Source: Eledone cirrhosa (Eukaryota). From it: DNA of 64,000 nucleotides. Shown here piece after piece: positions 1 through 14,100 of the stretch (its first letter is position 1; each line of letters starts with the position of its first letter). The stretch spans positions 220,286,001-220,350,000 of the forward strand of contig OZ024742.1 in NCBI GenBank assembly GCA_964016885.1, written 5' to 3'. The notes beneath the pieces are model-generated. The model worked only from the letters and a program-made list of their open reading frames with translations. It searched no databases and was not told the DNA's origin. A program made the translations under genes and the position numbers.

Positions 1-355
1 CAATAAACAAGTGCAGATTGATATATCTACATGAAACATCTACTAAATAGATGGTTTCTTATTACATTGACATTGTGCATAATAAATATCCTTTGCAATA
101 GTTTATAGAAATCATCATCATCATCATCATCATCTTCATTTAAAGTCCATCTTCCATGCTAGCATAGAAATTTTCTACTGAAAGATATACAGATAATCAT
201 TATATGATATCAGCTGCCTATTAATTTAAGACAGAAACAAAAAGCTGCACCTCCTCATACTAGAAAATTAAGTAACAGCTGCACATGATAGATGATGCAG
301 CTTTTTTTTCATTATATATTTACATGTTTAAATATCATTAATTTAGAGGGTTATA

Positions 356-542
356 AAGGGCGGTGGATTGGCAGTATCGGTAGAAGGTCGGACGCCATGC
401 TTTCCAGCATAGTTACGTCCCTTTACGATCTGAGTTCAAATCCCGCCGCGGTTGACTTTGCCTTTCATCCTTACGGGGTCGATAAAATAAAGTACCAGTA
501 ATGCACTGGGTGATTGCTGGCCTTGTGCCTAAAGTAGAAACA
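356..542 (+). mobile_element. tRNA-derived SINE with Meta-like core (family A)
   Basis: gagttcaaatccc B-box, gcctttcatccttacggggtcgataaaataaagtaccag core, 19-bp target-site duplication attaatttagagggttata (337-355 and 543-561). Other copies at ~14290-14480, 16655-16996, 18300-18515, 29610-29908, 44015-44400, 58880-59015, 62712-62825. Confidence 0.85.
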
Positions 543-1209
543 ATTAATTTAGAGGGTTATATAAGTGGTTAAAACTAATGCTTCTATAAATATTTCTTCT
601 AACATTATTTTCTACTTTGGTTAGTGTTAGGAAGGATATCCAACTGTAGAAACCAATAAAACATATGAGCAAGACATGGTCACCTGACTGATGTAGCTTC
701 AAAATATGACAGTCTATTTAATCCACGCTAGCATGGAAAATGTAACAGATGTTAAAAAGTGATGTATAATCAAGGAGAAAAAAGCAGTATCCATAACACT
801 TCTCAGGGCCTAAGAGACTTTTGGTTGGGAGGGGGTATGTATCCTCAAACTGGAGACCTGGTAGAAATGTTTGCAACAGAATGGATGTCACAAAAGGCCT
901 CCAAAGGTCAGACCATAAGGTTAAGCCAGGCAACAGATTGGAACTACCATTCAAGTAGGCCACAAAGGAATTTGAACTCAGAACACAAAGAACTGGAACA
1001 AATACTGCAAGGCATTTTATTTTATGTTTTAACAATTTCACCAATTCACTTCTCTGGACTAGTACTTCATTTTATTGGTTCTGAAATGATAACAGATAAA
1101 GTTGAAATTGGTAATATTTGAATTTAGAGCAAAGTGAACCAGAACAAACACTGCAAGTTATTTTGACCTCCCACACTTGGAAGCCCTAAAAAGAGTCAAG
1201 CACACTATG

Positions 1210-1480
1210 GAAGCACATGGCCTAGTGGTATGGGTGTTGAACTTATAGGCATAATTTTGTGAGTTCACTTCCTGGACTAGGTTATGTGTTGTGTTCTTGA
1301 GCAAAACACTTCATTTCACATTGCTTCAGTATACTCAGCTGAAAATGAGTACCAGTAAAAGCTGGGGATTTAACCCTGCGATGGACTGACATCTGTCAGT
1401 GGGGAGTCATGTACTCTCAGCTGCCTAACACCATAGAAACCAGAATAAGCACCAGTCTGATGAGCATCCAGGCTCAAAAG
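1210..1480 (+). mobile_element. tRNA-derived SINE (family B)
   Basis: tggcctagtggt A-box and gtgttcttgagcaaaacactt core. Related copies at ~19652-19760, 20005-20320, 29150-29600 (-), 33550-33670 (-), 58555-58860. Confidence 0.7.
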
Positions 1481-1889
1481 AGACATTAGTCTCTAAACTT
1501 TAGACACTACCCTCCCTAACTCTTTGCCTGACAAACTGTTAAAAAATGTCCATAAAAAGATTTGTTTGGGGATAAATTTGACAAATATTTGGTTTCCAAT
1601 CCCCAAATTCTAAGTTTTTCCTCAGCAAAGATAAAAATAATCCTCAACTTGCACTACCACAATGGTTTTAAATATATAAAATTTACATTAGTTATTACAA
1701 TTCTTCAAGTCCAGACAAGAATATAAAAGTTTAATAATAGTTTAAACATTAAAACATACAATTTATCAGCTTAGGTATTTTATATAGGATTAAGTATATC
1801 AGCCCCACCACATCATGCATGTCAACACATGTAAGGTAGCAGGTATATATATATATATATATACATACACTCCCTGGATAATATATATA

Positions 1890-2784
<895 letters not shown>

Positions 2785-2859
2785 TATATCAATGTTTTTC
2801 CACACTTACATGGGTTAGACGGGTTGTCCACATTATGAGTCAAGTCAGGCCAGTTGATT

Positions 2860-2894
<35 letters not shown>

Positions 2895-3411
2895 AATGAT
2901 ATGGTGACTTTTTTAAGTTTTTGAAAAAGTCTGAGACCCACAGAGAACGTCTCACTGATCCCCCCCCCCCACCTTCCTGTATAGACCACTGATCAATTGT
3001 TGCCAGCTCTTGCTCTAATGATATTGCTAATACTTTTTCCTTGGATTCGTACCTAATTTCATTGACTCCCCCACCCTCACCTCACACACACTTGACCTCC
3101 TGCAATGTTGATATTGCAGAATATAGAGAACCAATTTAACTCTGCTAATTTACTGCTCTATCTACTGTCCTATTTCTAAACGGAAGTACTTCTAGTTATT
3201 CCATGAACAAATTTTCTTCAGATTATATCCCTGTATTCTATAGTTTTTACTCATATATCTCTCTTAAACATATTGGTTGCCAGGATATGATTAGGTAATA
3301 AAGATGACTACAATAAACATGTAGAAACAGGTTCTGATCTGCTATTTAGTATTAATTGTGATTTATTTATTGTTTAGAAAAATAAATTATTAGTTTATAA
3401 ATATATGTACA

Positions 3412-4752
3412 TCATCATCATCGTTTAACGTCCATCTTCCATGCTAGCATGGGTTTGGACGGGAATTTTCCCACTTGAGGCAAGATTGGTTGTCTTGCTC
3501 GTATAGGACTGTCTGGCGGGTTTTCTACGGCTGGATGCCCTTCCTAACACCAACCACGTTTACAGTGTGGACTGGGAGGTTTTTACCGTGTTACCTACAC
3601 GGCCACATTACAGCGTAGACTGTGTGTTTTTTTGTTGTGACACCTACATGACCTCATTTGTTTCAGACTGGATGTTGTGGTACCAACATAACTTTACATT
3701 GGAAGGTGTGGTGTGGATGGGGTGGGGGTAGTGGGACGGGGGTGTATTTTTGTTAGAGGTGCCTACTGACTGTAGGTTTTGCTTTGTACTTAGGCAAGGC
3801 GGGTCTTCTGTATTACTGTGTAGCGCCAAAGATCTCGGTCCAGTGATATTGTCTTGGAGAGGTGTAAGTGTGTGAGGTCGGAATTTATCAAGTCGTCCCA
3901 GGTTTTTCTGGGTCTGCCTACTCTGTGGCTACCATCTATTTTTATCGCCCTGCACTTTTTTATACAGCTGTCGTCTTTCATGCGCATCATGTGACCGTAC
4001 CAACGTAGTCTTCTCTCGAGTAAACAGCATCTGATCCCTCTTATTCCTAATTTCTCCCTTAGTTTGTTTATGCTTTGCCGTTCACGTATATTACTATTAC
4101 ACTTCCAGCGGAGCATGCAAGCTTCGTTCCTCTCCAGTCTGCGTATATCCTCTGCACACAATTCCCAGGTCTCACTGCCATGCAACATTGCTGTTCGTAT
4201 GCAGGCATCATACAGCCTGCCTTTCATTTTTAGAGAGAACCCTTTAGCGGCCAATAGTGGTATAAGCTCTCTGAACTTTTTCCATCCCGTTCTGACTCTA
4301 GTTACTGTACTTTCAGAGCACCCTCCCCCACTGCTGATTTTGTCACCCAGGTAACGGAAGGTGTCCACTATTTCTATAGAACCATCTGTGCAATGGAATG
4401 AGCTAGTATTTTGTGGGCACTTGCTGCTACTTATTGCACCAGAGCACTGGCCACATATAAAATCTATATTCTTAGTTAGCTTACCTGTGATCCCACTACA
4501 CCTTTTATGCACCCATACTTTGCATTTGGGACATAAAATGGAGTTTCTGCCTACTCCTTTCCTACACACTGAGCATGGCCATTTCCCAGATGGGACTGGT
4601 GCCCTATTTTCCTTCCTACAAACTAGAACTTTAGTCTTAGACCGGTTAATTTTGATTCTAGGCCATGCTTCCATATTTGGAATTTCTTCTCTAGTTCGGC
4701 CATTGATTCAGTTATGAGTGTTAGATCATCTGCGTATAGGAGTTCCCATGGT
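3412..4752 (-). mobile_element. 5'-truncated RTE-clade LINE (RT C-terminus, 3' UTR, (GAT)n tail)
   Basis: [25 protein letters not shown] zinc motif, [28 protein letters not shown]. Confidence 0.9.
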
Positions 4753-6800
4753 GGTAGAAACAGAAAACAAATGGCACTTGATGCAGTTCTTAAAGGAGGT
4801 AGCTCTGTTGTTGACAATTATGAGCATTACAGACAAGTAAAGAATGAGGTGCAGGTAAAACTCAGGGCCATACAAAATACCTGATGGAGCAACAAAGCAG
4901 ATGAAGTTCAAGCAGCATCTGATGGCAACAATGTGAAACTGTTATACACTCTACTCAGAGAAGTGTATGGCCCTTTCAGCTCACCAGTGACACTCTTGAG
5001 ATCAAAAGATGGCAAGTAGTTACTGCGCAATCCCAAATTACATACTCAACAGATAGAGAGATCTCTTTGATGAGCTCTTGAACCAGCCATCCCAGGTTGA
5101 TGATGATTTCATTTGCTCCATTCCTATTGAACCAGTGAAGCATGAAATGGGTGATGTGACTTCCGCTGTGAATAAGCTGAACTGTGGTAAGTCTCCTGGT
5201 ATGGATGGTCTGAGTGCAGAGGTTTTGAAGTGTGTTGGTGAAAACTTCATGCAGCGCCTGACTGACCTCATGAAAAAGGTGTGGGAAGATGAGAATGTCC
5301 CACAAGATTGGAAGCATGCGCTCATGGTGATTCTCCATAATGGAAAGGGTGGGAAAGACAAATGTGGCTTGGCTGCCGTCTCCAAAGTTTGCGAAGATTC
5401 AGCATCTTTTTCATGATGATATGAAGGCTTGGGTCAGTATTGGTGGTAGCATCTCTGAACCAATATCAGTTGAAAATGGAGTGAAGCAGGGGGACATTCT
5501 GGCTCCAACTGTTTTCCTTATATTTTACAATAGTGTTTCTCATGGCATTCAGGAAAAATTGTTCACATGGAGTTTACATCAGGTATCACACTTCAGGAAG
5601 GTTGTTCAACATCATGCGCTTTGGTGTAAGCACAAAGGTATTAACATCTATAATCTGAGAATTTTTGTATAGAGATGAATGCGATCTTTTTGGACACTCA
5701 CAAAGTGACATGCAGTATATTATGAACTCTTTTTCTGAAGCTTGCAATGCTTTGGGCCTCACAATAAGCTTGGGAAAGACTTTGTGATGTACCAGCCAGC
5801 ACCTGGGAAAGAATACACAACACCAAATGTGTAAGTGTACAGAAAGAGGCTAAAAGTTGCTGACAAGTTTGTTTACCTTGATGATGAAATATCCTTAAGA
5901 ATCAAGAAAGCCAGTGATGCTTTTGGACAACTGCATGAATGTTTATGGTTCAGATGAGGTATCATCATTGAAACCAAGGTAAAAGTGTATCTGACTTGTG
6001 TCGTCTCCTCTTTGCTTTATGCTTGTGAAACGTAGGTCACATACAGAAAGCACCTCAAGGAATGGAGAGGTTTCACCAACAATCTCTTTGTAAGATACTT
6101 GGGGTGTGATGGAAAATGTTTGTCAGTGATTTGTAAGTTCTCGAACGGATCAGGTGTCTGACTATAGAGAGTATGATCTGTCAGTATCGGTTGAGGTGGT
6201 GCAGTCATGTGGTCCAGATATCTGATGATCATATTCCAAAGAAACTTCTCTATGGAGAACGGTGTGAAGGAAGGCGATCACCACACAAACCAAAAATGCA
6301 GTACCTTGACTTGTGCTGGAATTTCATCTGACAAATCGGAGAAAATGGTTCAGGAGTGTGTGAAGTGGAGACGTTTGATCAAGTCAGGTAGTGAACACTT
6401 TGAAACTCGTTGAAGAGAACACCTTACACTGAAAAGGAAGGTGAGGAAAAGGGACTGTTCTGAACTGCCTGCTATTGAGCAACATCTGGTTTGCCAGCAC
6501 TGTGGCAAAGCTGGTTTGATTAGACACAAACAAAGTCATATCAGTAAACCTCATGTAGATTATGATCTGAAAAGGTGTAAGGAATGTGGCAAGGAATGTG
6601 CAAGCATGGGAGGTCTTCAAAGGCATATAAAAACACAGTCAGAATCGAGCAGTGAAAAGTCCCAGAAGAGCCTACAGTTGCCATGTGTGTGCCAGAGGGT
6701 GCAAGTCTTTGGCTGGTTTAAAGAGCCACATCCATGCTTCACATTTTTGAGCATCTTATTGGGTGATGGCAATGCTAAAACATGAGTTTGCGGCCATCAT
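4753..6800 (+). mobile_element. Decayed RTE/BovB-like LINE
   Basis: GKSPGMDGLSAE, GVKQGDILAP and C-terminal C2H2 remnants; homologous to 53450-57219. Confidence 0.85.
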
Positions 6801-6889
6801 ATGTGTATAAGTGTCTATGTATGTATATGTGCGTGTGTGCATGTGTGTGTGTGTGCGTGTGTGTGTGTGTGTGTGTGCGTTTCCTAGTA

Positions 6890-7700
6890 GAATTCAAGCC
6901 AGTCAATAACAAAGTGACAAGACTTTTTTGTTTGAGTCAAGATAGTTTCACGGGCCTTTTATTTTCACAAAGCTATTGCTTGTCTTCTTCATCCTCTAGT
7001 ATGCAGTTTGCAAGCTCACAGTTAATATTGATATATTGGAGTATTCTTATATAGAGCTAGCAGAGAACAACAAGCGAATTTGTGACAAAATAAATTGCAA
7101 TCCTTCTGACTTACCAAATATGCTGAACAATAGAATTGGATGATGACAGAGATTCATGGGAATCCATGCAAATAGTGCGACCTATTGATTGATAATATAG
7201 AATTTTTTCACACAGCATCTTCTGCTTGTGTTTTAATGTTGTTTAGTTATTAATTTCCTCCACAATAGTTTTGTATGTAGAATCTCCATATATTTTCATT
7301 AAATTTTTCATCAGATTTAGTTGGTGCACTATGGATGTATTTTTCACTTTACACCTTATAATAACAGTTAAATGCTGGATTCTTTCGGGCAGGGTTCATT
7401 AATGCATTCTTCATGCTATGTTACCTCCAACTGCCCTGGTTACTTGTGTTGTGTTGTTTTGTTAATTTGTGCATTACAGGTATCTCCTAGGTGTTCTTTT
7501 TGAATGATAGCAATCATGTATTAGCAGGTGTCAGTTCTCCAATATGTCTTCATATCCTCTCCAGCAATGTCATCAATAATTTTCAACACAAGAGTCACTG
7601 GATTTTGTTCCCTATTCTCTTCATGAATGAGTTGTCATTCAATGACAGCTTAGAGGAACTAGAAAATTTATTTTCAAATTGTGATTTTAAATGGTCTTAA
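6890..7700 (-). mobile_element. Highly decayed non-LTR relic (R4/Dong-like)
   Basis: Broken coding-like sequence similar in character to the relic at 14560-16050; no intact ORF. Confidence 0.35.
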
Positions 7701-8017
7701 GTTGTATATTGTGGTTAGGTCAGCCATTTGGGAGAGAGGACAAAGAAAGAAGCTTTATGACAGTAGGGTGAGATTTAGATATTGCTCCCCCACCCTGGGC
7801 AGTTCAGGTTTGGTGGGCCCATCATATAACAACAAACACTTTAAGGCCATCTCCCCTGCTAAATGAATAAATGGGAAAATAGACACTAAAGGATGATCAT
7901 GGTGATGATGATAATGATGATGAGGATTATTATTATCATAATGATGATGATGATGATGGTGATTATGATTGTAATGATGATGATGCTGATAATATATAAG
8001 GATATAATTAAAGTTAC

Positions 8018-8115
8018 CTGCGTAAAGGTTCTACAATGAGGCATAACAATAGTTTGATTACAATATCTGTTATGACCAGTTTATAAAATTGTTGTCCAAT
8101 ATAGGTTTCCCAACA
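8018..8115 (-). CDS. TMC7: TMC exon with TMC-domain signature ([32 protein letters not shown])
   Basis: ctttttcag acceptor, gtaact donor, 98 nt, phase 0 to 2. Confidence 0.95.
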
Positions 8116-11100
8116 CTGAAAAAGAAAAACAATTAAAACTTAACAGAGTGCTCTGATAGCATAGTAGCTAGAATAAGGACAGAATGGAAGAAATTTAGGG
8201 AGTTATTGCCTCTGTTGACAACAAAAGATTTCTACCAATGAACAAAAGGTTGGCTGTATGATGCATGTGTGCGAAGTATGATGCTGCATGGTAGTGAAAC
8301 ATGGGCAGTTACTGCAGAGGACATGCTTAGGCTGGAGAGAAATGATGCAACTATGTTTCAATGGATGTGCCATCATCATCATCATCATTTTACATCCGCT
8401 TTTCCCTGCTTGCAAGGGTAGGATGGGTCTTATTCAGCACAGCATCTCTCCACTCGTCACGGTCCTTCGTCATCTCCACCGTGAGCTTCAATGATCTGAG
8501 GTCTGTTCTCACCACCTCCGCCCATGTTTTTCGTGGTCTACCTCTACCACGTCTTCCTTCAACTGGCATTTCCTGGCACTTCTTCACCCATCGGTCATCC
8601 TCCATGCGCATCACATGTCCATACCACCTCAGTCTCCTCTCCCGTACACTACATTCTATCCCTCTCAGACATAGTTTCTCTCTCAACACATTTATGCTGG
8701 GTCGTTCACGCACATTTACACTGCACATCCAACGGAGCATGCTTGCCTCATTTCTCTCCAGCCGTCACATATCCTCTGCAGTTTCTGCCCATGTCTCACT
8801 ACCATGCAGCATCGCGTTCCTCACACAGGCATTATACAACCGGCCTTTCGTACGCAGGGAGAAACCCTTCTTCGTCAACAGAGGAAGCAGCTCCCTAAAC
8901 TTCTTCCAACCCGTCCTTATTCTAGATACTATGGCCATATTAATGTGAAAGACAAAGCATTGGTGAACTGAGAGAGAAACTAGGTATGAGAGGAATCAGA
9001 TGTAGTGTGCAAGAGAGGAGCCTGCATTGATATGGACATATCATGGGTGCTGACTGTGGGATGAAAAAATTGCCAAGAAATCCAAGAGGAAGGACCAGTT
9101 GCTATTTAAAGAGCAATGCAAAAGAAATTCTTACTCCCTCAGAAATATACATGCATATGTAGACAGGCATTATTTTCCTCTCTTTCTCTCTATCTCTCTC
9201 CCCCTCTCTCACATTCAAACGCTCTCTCACTCTCTTTCTGTCTCTTCCTCTCTCAAAACACACACACACATGCACACGCACACATACACACACACAAAAT
9301 AAATAATTTAACTAACCGTAATTCTTGTACATGACTCCAATCCAATTTCACACATATCCTTGGGCTGGCACATAACATCCTTGTAGAGACTAGCAACAAG
9401 GAATATCAAAGATGCAAATCGCAATAGAATAGTCCTGGAAATTAGAAACAAAAAACACAAAATCAATGTACTAAATTGTCGATAATACTAGATTGACAGG
9501 GTCCCTTGAGTGTTAGAAAAATTTGGCATGCTGGATTTAGTTTCAACCCTTCAAAGTTTAATTTCAAATCCCTTCAAGGTCAACTTTCGTCTTTCTAATG
9601 TACAGTAATAGCAATGATAATCATCTATACTGCACCCCTCCTCCAATATCTTGTGTCTTTGTTTGAAATCCACCATACCTATGTATGATTGATGTTTACA
9701 AAAATAATATATTTAATATTGATCACTGAAGCTCACAGAGATGACAAAAGAAAGTGACAAGTGGAGAGATGCTATACTGAGAAGGACCTGTCCAACCCAC
9801 ACGAGCATAAAACAATGGGCGTAAAATGATGATGATGATGATGATATATGATGATTGATTTCTAACATGGGAAGGAGATCAGAAATTTGAGGAAGGTGTA
9901 CAGTGGAATATAGTATATCTAATTAAATGGCAGGTACTGTTTTATTAACCACATTAAAGTTAATTTCTGATGTATTTGAACACAAAAAGACATATTGAAA
10001 TTGAAATACTAACAGTATTTTGTCCACAATTCATCATCATCATCATCATCATCACTGTTTTACGTCCGTTCTTCCACGCTAGCATGGGTTAGACGGGTTG
10101 TCCTGTTGTGGGCAGTGTCTGGTCGGCTGACCATGCCTTGCTCATACAGGAACTGATTTTGGCTTGATTTCTACAGCTGGATGCCCTTCCTAACACCAAC
10201 CTCATTTACAGTGAGTGCTGGGTGCTTTTTCGTGGCGCCTACACATCCACTTTACAGTGTGGGCTGGGTGCTTTTTTGCCGTGGCACCTCCATGACCACC
10301 TTGCGGTGGTGGTGGTGGTGGGGGGGGGGGGCATATTGTTTATATGCTTGTACCCATGGAGGTCGGGTACTCTGTATTACTGCGTGACGCCAATACTATT
10401 CTTCACCCAAACTCTGTCAAATAGCAATGATTTCTAACATAATCATAAATCCTTACATTTATATAAGGTCTAGTCAATTATATCAACCCTGGTGATTGAT
10501 TAATAGTTTATTTTATAGATGACCAGGCCTTTGGGTGTCTTTAGCGGGGTCTATTCTGTTGTAAGCATTTAGACCATGTCTCTGATTTGAGGGTATCACC
10601 TCATTCCACCAGTCCAGGTGGTGCTGAAAAGTCCATGGGCACAATGTTTCCCTCCTGATCAAGATAGTGAAAATTTCTGCAAATAAATTCATATCTGAAA
10701 TTGACACAACCTTTCCAATCTCACTTACCTGCCTAATGTAATTATAACTTCATTTTGGGGTGCATAATATTCAATACAAATAATTATGGAAAATATAATT
10801 GGTAGGAAACCATTTAAAGCTGAAATTGTCAGAGATGGTAAATATTGCATTGATAACTTGACAAATGTGGTTTGTTCATTATAGGTCGGCATTTTGATAA
10901 ACTGTAAGAAGAGAAATAGAATATATTAAAGTTATGTTAAATGAGAATACAACAAAAAAAATCATAATCATACTAGCTCCTTTTACCTAATGAATTAGTA
11001 ATCCCAATAAAATTCATGTAATTTGGTATGATATAGTATGGGCCCATAACTTCTGATAGAGTCTTAGGGAGGGGTGCTGTATTGACGTAAAGAATATCTA

Positions 11101-14100
11101 AGTTATTTTAGGCCTGGTGGAGCCCATCTCCTCTCAAGGTGTGACTAGAGCAAATTTCTTCCAGAGAAGGATACAAAAGGAGAGAAAGAGATATAGAAGA
11201 AAATTTACCCCCAATGCTGGACAGGTACTTTTTTAGTAACCTCCAAAGGATGAAAGGCAAAGTTGACCTCAGCAGGAGTTGAACTGAGAGCAGAGAGTCA
11301 CAATGAATACTGACAAACAATTGACCTACTATCTTTCGTATAGATATACATGAGATTATATATCTTTATTTCTCGGTTGACATTTTGTGAGAGTAATTTC
11401 AGAAATTGAAATAATATTAGGTTTAGGGTTAGTTAGGGAATATTAATGATTTCTTCCTTATTTCTTGCTTGTTTCTAGTTGCAGTTTTGCTCACGATAAT
11501 ACCTGCTCACTTTCAGCTATTCTATATCTACAACACACACACATATGCACGTGCGTACACACACACACACAGCATTTGTGTTCTCATGCAAAAACCAAAA
11601 ACATGTACAATACGTTATGTTAAAAGTAGTCTGAAATAATTATGTGTTGATAAACCTAATTATTTCATCATAGCTAAAGGTTTCATGCAGTTAACATTAG
11701 TGAAGCATACTTATAAGTGAACCTGGATTTGAAGGACGTGTGATTTTTACTTTTACTTTTGCAATATTGGTCTGATGAGTAGGGTCAAATGTAGGCTACA
11801 GATTATGTTTCCTTGAGTTTGTGGATAGCTTTGGTCTATTTTAGATGTGCATATGTTCAAGTAGAGGTGTGTGGCCTAATGGTAAGGATGTTGGACATAT
11901 GTTTATAATGTTGTGGGTTCAATTAATTATATAGTGGTTTGGTGTCATCGTGGTTCATTTATATATATTCATTTTCTGCATGATCAAGGAACTATCATAT
12001 CATCATCATCTTAATGAACACTTACTCACTTACCTGCACACATGCAACCTCTGGTCACACTGTATCACACAACAGTGACAACACGACACAGCAAGCTACA
12101 AGTGAGCACACACGCAACAAACGAATCAACGCCACAACACAATCAACTAACCAACACGACCAACAAACAATCGCTATACATGTGTGTGTATAAATAATAA
12201 TTTTGATCAATACACAAAATATTGTATTGTTTGGCAAATACACAGGCCAACAGGAGTACTAAAAATATCTCATCGTTAGGATATATGTATGTATACATAC
12301 ATATATATGAAATGTTTATGAAATGAAGATTGAGAAGACCATAAATCAGAGTAGTACTCGATGCATGTTTAAGTATATAGTTGATATAGCAATTAATAAA
12401 ATCCCAACAGAATGGGCCTTCCTTCCTTGAGCTCTCAACCCTCAATGAAGTCATAAGGGTGCCATTGTGTCATACAACATGCCTGGGCATCTTTATACCA
12501 GGCAGATACCATACCTCTTCAGGGCTAACCACCGCCAGTTTCTTCCAAAGAAAATGAGTGAAAGAGAACGGGAGAAAAAGAAGTGACCCCAGTACTCAAA
12601 TTTATTGACCCAAAAAGGATGAAAAGCAAAGTTGACTTCAATGGGATTTTAACTCAGAATGCAGAGAGCCAGAATGTACACAACAAAGCTGCACATAGGA
12701 ATATGATATGATAAATGATGGCTATAGAAGTGTGTTACTTACATTTGTAGAAAATTGTGTTACAAAATAGATAAGGTAAGCACTTGAGCCTAGGCATATC
12801 ATTACAAATATATTGACAGCAATACGTATTGCATACATCTGAATCCTTTCGAATCGGGTTAGATTTTCTTTCTTACACCTGTATTGTTTCTCTAATAGTT
12901 CTGACTACAATTTTGAAAGAAAAAATGATTAGACATAAGAAAAAGATCACACAAAAAAAAAAAAAAAAACTAATACAGCATCAGTAAAAACACAAGACTT
13001 GGGGTATAGATAATTCATTTACAGGATCTCATGTATCTTATGAAAAACAAGTTATAAGGGGAGGAGAAGCAAATATTAGATCAGAGGTGTGCAACAGGTG
13101 GCTCATGGACCACAATCCAGCCCAGCAGACCAGTCAGAGTGGCCCGCGATGACCGTCTTTAATTTTTACCTTGTAGGCTTATTTAGAATTTTTTTCATAA
13201 CCATAATACAGTTTTCTGTTTGTTGACCTATACTAAAGGGTTTCACTGATAGGGTTATGTGTGTTATAATTTCCCAGTTCTATGCTATGGAAAGAAGCTG
13301 TGGTGAATCTTTGAAATAGTGCTTAATAAATATTAATGGCTGTAATAGTTGTTCCGATGTTCAAAAGTGGCCCGCCAATGGAATATGTTGCACACCCCTG
13401 TATTAGATCAATGACTAATATTTTAATCATTTTGACAATTACAGGAGCCCATTCCCAACATGTTTCAATCTAAATAGACATTCCTGTAACTGTTGAAGTA
13501 GTGATGAGATAATCATTAAGTAGATGCAGATTATATATATACAAGTGACTAATTAGCATATTTAGTCATTGAAACTAATTACACTATTTGAAGGAAAAAC
13601 AATTGTTAAGTCTAATTAAAAATAATTTATCTTAGTGATTTAATTTACTGCAAGTGTGGTAAAGTAAATGTAAAATGGCAATGATGTTAATGTTGATGAT
13701 GTTGATGATGCTGATATTGCTGATGATGATGTTGATGAGGATGATGGTGAGTCTTCATACTTTATACTTTAACGATAATATGAGTAATAATCTATCTAAT
13801 CTTAATGATTGATAAAATCACAGACCTTATTTGTTTACCGAATTGGGTGGAACTCGTTAAATCAGACCAAGGAAATAGTGCTTCCATAGGTCTTTTTATT
13901 GCTGATACTATCTACTGATTGCAACACCTGACAGAAAATATATTACGGTTCTACTCTATGAGTAATAATTAAAATGAATCAATAATGAGTTGTGATAACA
14001 AGTATTAGTATGTGATAATGTGTGATAATGTGATAATATGTGATATGTGATTGTAGTAAGAGTAACAACTAAATACCTTTTCTAATATATATTTAAATGT

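Noticed and set aside
356-445. tRNA genes at SINE heads
   Set aside because: A/B boxes only, with no cloverleaf; they continue into the SINE core with target duplications.
1440-1480. ctgatgag motif as a hammerhead
   Set aside because: Part of a SINE tail; no downstream GAAA, stem III or NUH site.
11930-12230. Possible solo LTR
   Set aside because: Termini and target duplication could not be defined.
13839-13927. Exon-like segment with AG/GT ends on the minus strand
   Set aside because: Stops in all three frames, and the flanking exons already join in frame; no evidence for a poison exon.
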